From assembly GCA_038999725.1 (NCBI GenBank), contig JAWBWS010000004.1:717-64716 (forward strand): a stretch of DNA of 64,000 bases, given 5' to 3'. The translations under genes were made by a program, and so were the position numbers. The notes beneath the pieces were generated by a model. That model searched no databases. It was not told where the DNA came from and was given only the letters and a program-made list of their open reading frames with translations. The DNA comes from Candidatus Aenigmatarchaeota archaeon. Lineage in GTDB: Archaea > Aenigmatarchaeota > Aenigmatarchaeia > CG10238-14 > SCSR01. This document shows, in pieces, positions 58,126 to 64,000 of the stretch; the stretch's first letter is position 1; each line of letters starts with the position of its first letter.

Positions 58126-59061
58126 GTGGTGCAAATGAGGATTGTGAAAGATTTTTCACTTGATGAAAAATCTTCAGCAAATGAATTGATTAAACAAATG
58201 GGGAGTGCCGGTGGCTTTACTGCTAAAAATCTTGCAATTTCTGTTGAAATATTGGAAGAAATGATAAAAGAAAAAAAATGCCTAAAATTTCTCTCCTTTC
58301 CTGCTTGTATAGTAGCAACTGGCACAAGAGGTATAATAAGAGATTTTGTTAAGAGGAAATGGTTTGATGTTATAATAACAACTTGTGGGACTTTGGATCA
58401 CGATTTGGCGAGAAGTTTCAAAAACTATTACCATGGGACTTTTTTTGTTGATGATGCAGAACTCCATAAAAGAGGAGTTCATAGACTTGGGAACGTCTTT
58501 GTTCCTAAAGAATCTTATGGGATGATAATTGAAAAAAAGATGAAAGAATTCTTAAGAGAAATTTATTCCGAGAAAAAAGAACTCTCAACTCATGAACTGG
58601 TTTGGGAATTAGGTAAAAGGGTGAAAAATAAGGATTCTATTCTTTTCTGGTCCTGGAAAAACAGAATACCCATGATCGTGCCAGGAATAACAGATGGTGC
58701 AGTCGGCTATCAAATATGGCAATTTTGGCAAGACCACAAAGATTTAAAGATAAATGAACTCCAAGATGAACAACTTCTAAGCGATTTGGTTTGGAAGGCA
58801 GAAAAATCAGGGGCTTTGATTATCGGTGGAGGCGTCTCAAAGCATCATGTGATTTGGTGGAATCAATTCAAAGAAGGTTTGGATTATGCTGTTTACATAA
58901 CAACAGCAGTTGAGTGGGACGGGAGCTTAAGTGGAGCAAGAACAAGAGAAGCGATTTCTTGGGGGAAAATCAAGGAAAAAGCCAGACATGTTACTGTGGA
59001 TGGAGATGCAACAGTTTATTTGCCTTTGATTTATTCTGCCCTTTTGGAAAGAATAAAATGA
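58126..59061 (+). CDS. dys: Deoxyhypusine synthase
   Basis: GFTAKNL, RLGNVFVP, GGGVSKHH, DGSLSGA, EAISWGK. Confidence 0.95.
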   Translation: MVQMRIVKDFSLDEKSSANELIKQMGSAGGFTAKNLAISVEILEEMIKEKKCLKFLSFPACIVATGTRGIIRDFVKRKWFDVIITTCGTLDHDLARSFKNYYHGTFFVDDAELHKRGVHRLGNVFVPKESYGMIIEKKMKEFLREIYSEKKELSTHELVWELGKRVKNKDSILFWSWKNRIPMIVPGITDGAVGYQIWQFWQDHKDLKINELQDEQLLSDLVWKAEKSGALIIGGGVSKHHVIWWNQFKEGLDYAVYITTAVEWDGSLSGARTREAISWGKIKEKARHVTVDGDATVYLPLIYSALLERIK

Positions 59062-59161
59062 AGAAAAAATCTTCTAATAATTTTCTCAGGAACTTAGATT
59101 GTTTCAAACTTCAAGAGTGATTCTTATATTTCTCCATTGAAGCATCTTAAATACAAAACAA

Positions 59162-59845
59162 TCAAAGAAGACTCAACTTTTTCAAACCATCAACAATACT
59201 CTCCACAACTTTTTCAGGCGGCTTGTTCATCCAAACTTCAATGAAGGGAGTTTTCTTCTCTCTATAAAACTGAATCAAAGGCATGGTTTGTTTTTTATAA
59301 ATTTCAATCCTTTCTCTAACAATTTCAGGTTTGTCGTCAACCCTTTGAATTAAAGGTGAACCACATTTGTCACATATCATGTCTTTTTTCGGAAGAAGTG
59401 GTGGAAGCTCATACTCTATTCCTTCTATCACTCTTTTTATCTCGGCTATGTTATAATTTCCATCACATTTTGGATTAGAACAAATCCTTCTTGCACAAAC
59501 TTTCTCGATTAAAATTACATCATGGGCCTTTACCAATATTATAGCATCAATTTTAGCAATTTCCTCCAAAGCTTTAGCTTGTTCTATTGTTCTTGGAAAA
59601 CCATCAAGGATGAAATTCTCTTTTCCTTTCAATTCTTGTCTCACAACTTCTATCACAATATTGTCAGGAACCAATTCTCCTTTAGAGATATAACCTTCAA
59701 CCATTTTCCCCAATAAATTTCCCTCTTTCACAGCAGCTCTGAAAATATCACCAGTAGCTATTTTTTCGATTCCCAAAATTTCTTTGAGTCTAGAAGAGTA
59801 AGTTCCTTTGCCTGAGCCAGGAGGGCCAAAAATTATTAGCTTCAT
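59162..59845 (-). CDS. adk: Adenylate kinase, bacterial/eukaryotic type with Cys-containing LID
   Basis: GPPGSGKGT, TGDIFR, GELVPD, LDGFPRT, C-x4-C...CDKC, QRVDD. Confidence 0.93.
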   Translation of the reverse strand: MKLIIFGPPGSGKGTYSSRLKEILGIEKIATGDIFRAAVKEGNLLGKMVEGYISKGELVPDNIVIEVVRQELKGKENFILDGFPRTIEQAKALEEIAKIDAIILVKAHDVILIEKVCARRICSNPKCDGNYNIAEIKRVIEGIEYELPPLLPKKDMICDKCGSPLIQRVDDKPEIVRERIEIYKKQTMPLIQFYREKKTPFIEVWMNKPPEKVVESIVDGLKKLSLL

Positions 59846-60426
59846 TTCATCATCTCTATTAATTTAATTATTTCTTCAGCCCCTCTTTTAGCTTGCTCAA
59901 AAGGTTCCTTTTCCCCGAACCTTAAATTTATTATTTTAACTGGGCACTCAAATTCACTTGCAACATCAATAGCCACTTGTCTATTCACAGTTTGATGCTC
60001 TTCAATTTCCTCCAAACTTTCTATATCTCTTTTCCTCGTTTTATCATCAATTCTTCTTTTCAAAACATCTTCGGGGTTAAACTCCAAAAGAACAATCAAG
60101 TCAGGCTTCATTATTCTCATCGTTTTTTCAGAAAGAGCATGAAAATAGCCATATGGTGTTTTGATTGTAACATGAGTGTTAATGAGCAAAATTTTATCCT
60201 TCATGTTTGAAATCTTTTTTGCCACAATTTCTTGAATCTCTCTTTGTTGTTTAAGGGTCAATTTTTTTCTCAATTCATCTCTGTCTTCAATTCCATATTT
60301 TTCTGAAGCAATTTCAAGGAATAAATCTCCCACTGTCACAACTTTGGCTTCGGGTAATTTTTCTTTCACAAATTGTAAAACTGTACTTTTCCCCCCACCA
60401 GGAACAGAAACCACAAGAATTTTCAT
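59842..60426 (-). CDS. adkA: Adenylate kinase, archaeal type
   Basis: VPGGGKST, DRDELRK, NTHVTIKTPYGY, RRIDDKTRKRD. Confidence 0.88.
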   Translation of the reverse strand: MKILVVSVPGGGKSTVLQFVKEKLPEAKVVTVGDLFLEIASEKYGIEDRDELRKKLTLKQQREIQEIVAKKISNMKDKILLINTHVTIKTPYGYFHALSEKTMRIMKPDLIVLLEFNPEDVLKRRIDDKTRKRDIESLEEIEEHQTVNRQVAIDVASEFECPVKIINLRFGEKEPFEQAKRGAEEIIKLIEMMK

Positions 60427-60469
60427 TTTCTCTTAAATATTTATTAAATAGGTTTAAATTAAAATTCAA

Positions 60470-60575
60470 GCTGGTGTAGATTAGTGGTTAAATCGCGGCG
60501 CTCATAGCATCTGTGAGCTTTGATAGAAAGATGAAAGAAACGCCGAGATCGCGGGTTCAAATCCCGCCACCAGCA
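60470..60575 (+). tRNA. tRNA-Met(CAU), elongator-type, intron at 37/38 (~60507-60539)
   Basis: Acceptor GCTGGTG/CACCAGC-A, CGGCG-CT-CAT-A|intron|A-CGCCG, GCGGG-TTCAAAT-CCCGC; Ile2 identity not strictly excluded. Confidence 0.88.
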
Positions 60576-60668
60576 TTTTTGAATTATTCCTAAAAGAATT
60601 ATGAAAATGGCCTTTCACCTTTAGGATTTAAAAGTTTTAAAACAAAAATAAATTAAACCGGTGTTGAT

Positions 60669-60884
60669 ATGGAATTGACGCCAGAAGAAGCAAAGGTTGT
60701 TGAGGCAATGAAATCTTTAAAAGCAGTGTCAGAAGATAAGATAAAAGATGCTGACCAAATCGCGAAAGCTGCCATGATGCCAAAGGGTAAAGTGGCTAAC
60801 CTTCTATTAAGTTTGATGAACAAGAAAGTTGTGAAAAGGGTTGCCAGAGAAAAAGCCGCAGGCTACTATTTACTCCAAGCTTAA
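60669..60884 (+). CDS. Small winged-helix protein
   Basis: ADQIAKAAMMPKGKVANLLLSLMNKKVVKR..AGYY. Confidence 0.75.
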   Translation: MELTPEEAKVVEAMKSLKAVSEDKIKDADQIAKAAMMPKGKVANLLLSLMNKKVVKRVAREKAAGYYLLQA

Positions 60885-60929
60885 CAGAACCTGATTTTCA
60901 ATTGAATTTTGTTTACTGCTATTTATAAC

Positions 60930-60945
60930 CAACTTTTAAAAGTTG
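60930..60945. terminator. Palindrome CAACTTTTAAAAGTTG between convergent genes
   Basis: Perfect 16-bp inverted repeat between the stops at 60884 and 60996; function is a guess. Confidence 0.3.
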
Positions 60946-60995
60946 AATAAAGTTAATTTTACTCTTTCCCTTCCTTAACCCAATAGCTTTCCAAC

Positions 60996-62231
60996 TTATA
61001 TCCTCAACTTTTGATTTTTTTCCCATTCCTCAACTCTTCTTCTGTATTCGCCCAACTCTTTTTCATAAATTTCTTGAGCGCGTTTTTCTTCTTCACCCAA
61101 CCTTTTCTTCTCAACCTCCCAGTCTTTTATACTATACACACCAATTTTTTTTACAACATCCTCAAAAGGTCTACCTAAAACTGCGGCTATGTGCTTCAAA
61201 GTTAGATCAATTTTTTCACCTTTTCTAGGAAGATAAATGGGATAGCTAGAGGTCATCTTTTGGATTCTCCAGTATATTACACACTCGTCTTCATTTGTTA
61301 GATTGTATTTCTTCTTAATATTTAACCAACTTTCATAATCTAAACAACCCTTGGCGATAGCAACAACAAAAAGCTCTTTTACAGGTTCCCTACACCCAGG
61401 CTTGTCAGAAAATACATTCTCAACCCTATTCTTTATCGCTACCGTAATTTCTTCCTTGATTGAATCCAAACTTTCTATTTTTTCTTTCATTTCCTTTTTC
61501 ACTCTCTCTTTAATTTCTTCAAAAGATGGTGGTGTGAATGGAGGTGGTAAAGGACTTTCAACATCTATCTCATCCTCTTTTTTGATTTCTTGTAACAAAT
61601 CTTCAATTTTTAAATTCAACTTTTTTGCCAATTTAACTGCAGGATCAATCACCTTATCTTTCAAGTAGGATTTTATCACCCATTTTTCTATAGGAAAACT
61701 TCTATCTTCGACTTTTTCTCCAATTAAAACATAAAATTTCTTCCTTCTTTTATCTTCTTCAAACTTAACAACCTGGCTTCTCCTCTGGATAAAATAGCCC
61801 ATGCTCCCCAAAAATTGCTCGATTTCTTTCACATCTTTCCCCCTTGATTCCGGTTCCACCACCACAATTTTACCACCAACCTTTAAGCTGTAATCTAAAC
61901 CAAGAAGGGTAGCGCCCTTTGCTTGTCGATGAAGGTTATGAAGAGTTAAGTTACAAAATATGTAGTCAAAAGCCTCCTTTCTCCATGGAATCGAGTAAGG
62001 GTAAACGCATACAACAAAATCGGTATTGTAAGTTTTCTTGGCCAATGAGCGAGCTTTAGCATAAGAATCTGTTGTGAGAACATGGGAAGAAATTTGCCTA
62101 TCTTCAATCATCTCCAAGAGAGCAGAACACTCTTCACATCCAACTTCCAATAACTTTTTTTCTTCCAATTCCATCTCTTCTATCAAGTTTGCCAATATCT
62201 GATGGGAAGCCACTTGAGAGGAAGAGCTCAT
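60996..62231 (-). CDS. Class I SAM-methyltransferase-like domain fused to an uncharacterised helical domain
   Basis: LLEVGC, IPW...FDYIFCNLTLH, LKVGGKIVVVE; Pro-rich linker; charged C-half. Confidence 0.65.
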   Translation of the reverse strand: MSSSSQVASHQILANLIEEMELEEKKLLEVGCEECSALLEMIEDRQISSHVLTTDSYAKARSLAKKTYNTDFVVCVYPYSIPWRKEAFDYIFCNLTLHNLHRQAKGATLLGLDYSLKVGGKIVVVEPESRGKDVKEIEQFLGSMGYFIQRRSQVVKFEEDKRRKKFYVLIGEKVEDRSFPIEKWVIKSYLKDKVIDPAVKLAKKLNLKIEDLLQEIKKEDEIDVESPLPPPFTPPSFEEIKERVKKEMKEKIESLDSIKEEITVAIKNRVENVFSDKPGCREPVKELFVVAIAKGCLDYESWLNIKKKYNLTNEDECVIYWRIQKMTSSYPIYLPRKGEKIDLTLKHIAAVLGRPFEDVVKKIGVYSIKDWEVEKKRLGEEEKRAQEIYEKELGEYRRRVEEWEKNQKLRI

Positions 62232-62361
62232 AGTAGAAAAAGTTAACTTCCAACTTTTTAAACTTTTCTTCTCCTAAAATTAACATTTTTACAGAAGTGT
62301 AGAATGAATAAAATTAAAGAAAACTTATCACCATACATTAGAGTATGAAAAGAGACAATAT

Positions 62362-62487
62362 GGCCTAGCTGGCGTAGCCTGGTTAGCGCACAGGCCAAGT
62401 GAATTCCTGAATGTGGACTAACCGGGCAGCAAGCCTGAAAGTGTGAAAACACTGGGTAAGGGCGGGGTTCGAATCCCCGGCTAGGCC
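62362..62487 (+). tRNA. tRNA-His(GUG) with encoded G-1 and three introns (62397-62411, 62417-62431, 62439-62459)
   Basis: G + GCCTAGC/GCTAGGC + C discriminator; spliced anticodon arm CAGGC-CT-GTG-GA-GCCTG; T arm CGGGG-TTCGAAT-CCCCG. Confidence 0.85.
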
Positions 62488-62488
62488 A

Positions 62489-63637
62489 TCAATAGGATTT
62501 TATCTCAACATTTTCCAATACCTCTTCTATCATTTTCTCGATGTTTAATCTCTTCTCAAAACTTCTCACCAATTCTAAATTTCCGGCAGCACTTGCATGC
62601 TTTGGTGTGAAGAGTGTGCAACAATCTTCTTGCGGCTTTATCGAAATTTCAAAAGTTCCAATTTTTTTCGCCAGTTCAATTATCTCTTGCTTATCTAAAC
62701 CCACTAAAGGCCTCAGGATTGGTAATTTGGTTACTTCTTCTATTATTCTCAAATTTTTCAAAGTTTGTGAGCTAACTTGAGCTAAACTTTCCCCTGTAAC
62801 AATTCCATCACAACCTTCTTTTTCTGCAACTTTTTCAGCAATTCTAAGCATCATTCTTCTGTACAACAATATTCTGTACCTTGGCTCAACACAAGCTTTA
62901 ATCTTCATTTGAATTTTGTGAAAGGGGATGAAATAGACTTTGAGCTTTGGTTGATACCTTAAGAAAACTTGAGCAAGTTCTTTGACTTTTTGTATACTTG
63001 AATTTGAAACTAAGGGGAAGCTGTGAAAATGAACCCAAACATTTTCACTACCACGCTTAGCAATCAAGTAGCTTGCAACTGGTGAATCAATTCCACCAGA
63101 GATTAAGGCCAGTGCTTTGCCCCCACTTCCAACAGGCAAGCCCCCCTTACCTTCCTTTTTCTTGAAATAAATAAACCATCCATCTTTCCTTGCCTCTAAA
63201 AACAATTCAACATTTGGTTTTTCTAAATCAACCTTTCTTTCTATTTTACTTGCAACTTTCCTTATTATTTCTTCACTACTTTCTTTCAAGTTACCTTTCT
63301 TGAGCCTTATGGCAAAAGTTTGCCTTTTCTTCACCCACTTTTCATGATTTTCTTCTATAAACTTCAAAAGCTCTTCTAGATTACCTTCTAAAAAAATGAC
63401 ATCAGCAAACCAGGAAATTCCAAAAACATTTTTTATGATTTTCTCTGCTTTTTTTATTTCACCCGTTTCAATAAAAATTCTCTCTCTTGATGGGAATATT
63501 TTAAAGTTCACTCCAGCCTTTTTGAGAAAAACGGAAATATTACTGGTGAGTTTTTGTAAAAAAAGATTTCTAACTCTCTCAGACTTAAGAAAGAGTTCAC
63601 CAAAAGCTATCAAAATACCTCTCTTGATTTTCTCCAT
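62489..63637 (-). CDS. thiI: tRNA 4-thiouridine synthase ThiI
   Basis: GELFLKS, THUMP domain, SGGIDSPVA, GESLAQVSSQT, EDCC. Confidence 0.95.
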   Translation of the reverse strand: MEKIKRGILIAFGELFLKSERVRNLFLQKLTSNISVFLKKAGVNFKIFPSRERIFIETGEIKKAEKIIKNVFGISWFADVIFLEGNLEELLKFIEENHEKWVKKRQTFAIRLKKGNLKESSEEIIRKVASKIERKVDLEKPNVELFLEARKDGWFIYFKKKEGKGGLPVGSGGKALALISGGIDSPVASYLIAKRGSENVWVHFHSFPLVSNSSIQKVKELAQVFLRYQPKLKVYFIPFHKIQMKIKACVEPRYRILLYRRMMLRIAEKVAEKEGCDGIVTGESLAQVSSQTLKNLRIIEEVTKLPILRPLVGLDKQEIIELAKKIGTFEISIKPQEDCCTLFTPKHASAAGNLELVRSFEKRLNIEKMIEEVLENVEIKSY

Positions 63638-63834
63638 ATTTTCACTTTAAAAAACAAAAACACTTAAATATACTTATTTCCATTAATTTATTTGACTCAT
63701 GAGCTTGGCGTTTAGGCTTTGATAACGTCAAGAGACAAAAGATGAAATGTCCTATTCTGGCTCATGAGAAATTGTCCTGAAGTGAAAGAGCTTCAGGTAG
63801 GTTGATTGGTGAAACCTAGAGGTAGGGCCCGCCA

Positions 63835-64000
63835 ATTCTGGTTGATCCCGCCAGAGGCCACTGCTATCCGGCTTCTACTAAGCCATGCGAGTCGAGAGGG
63901 GAAAGCCCTCGGCGCACTGCTCCGTAATATGCAGTCAACCTACCCTTAGCTGGGGGATAATCTCGGGAAACTGAGGCTAATACCCCATAGGTGCTTGGTA
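63835..64000 (+). rRNA. rrs: 16S rRNA, 5' end (partial)
   Basis: ATTCTGGTTGATCCCGCCAGAGG..ACTGCTAT..CTAAGCCATGCGAGTC..GGGATAA..GGGAAACTG, typical of the archaeal 16S start. Confidence 0.95.

Overview
AT-rich archaeal chromosomal segment; a DPANN lineage such as Aenigmarchaeota is inferred from gene style and a divergent 16S 5' end. Most of it is housekeeping: topA, split Hef helicase/nuclease, Dph6, RNase J-like, IscS/IscU, rpl18e/rpl13/rps9/rpoN/rpoK, argS, glmS, DHS, two adenylate kinases, thiI and the start of 16S rRNA. A ~17 kb glycogen/glycolysis cluster sits inside the ribosomal-protein operon. Four things stand out. (1) A compact three-gene locus at 43.9-49.8 kb encodes an AEP primase-polymerase, a catalytically degenerate family-B polymerase and a large protein ending in a Cas4-like PD-(D/E)XK domain. 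(2) An ORF missing from the ORF track (<1..1636, minus) encodes wHTH + TM helix + extracellular Ig-like region with an embedded non-canonical Hint domain; it is divergent from a coiled-coil/wHTH gene, and a dense TCGAC motif array covers both. (3) All four tRNA genes carry introns, and tRNA-Gly(CCC) and tRNA-His(GUG) have three each. (4) There is a probable CTG start codon and several pseudogene remnants. All calls come from manual motif reading; no searches were run.
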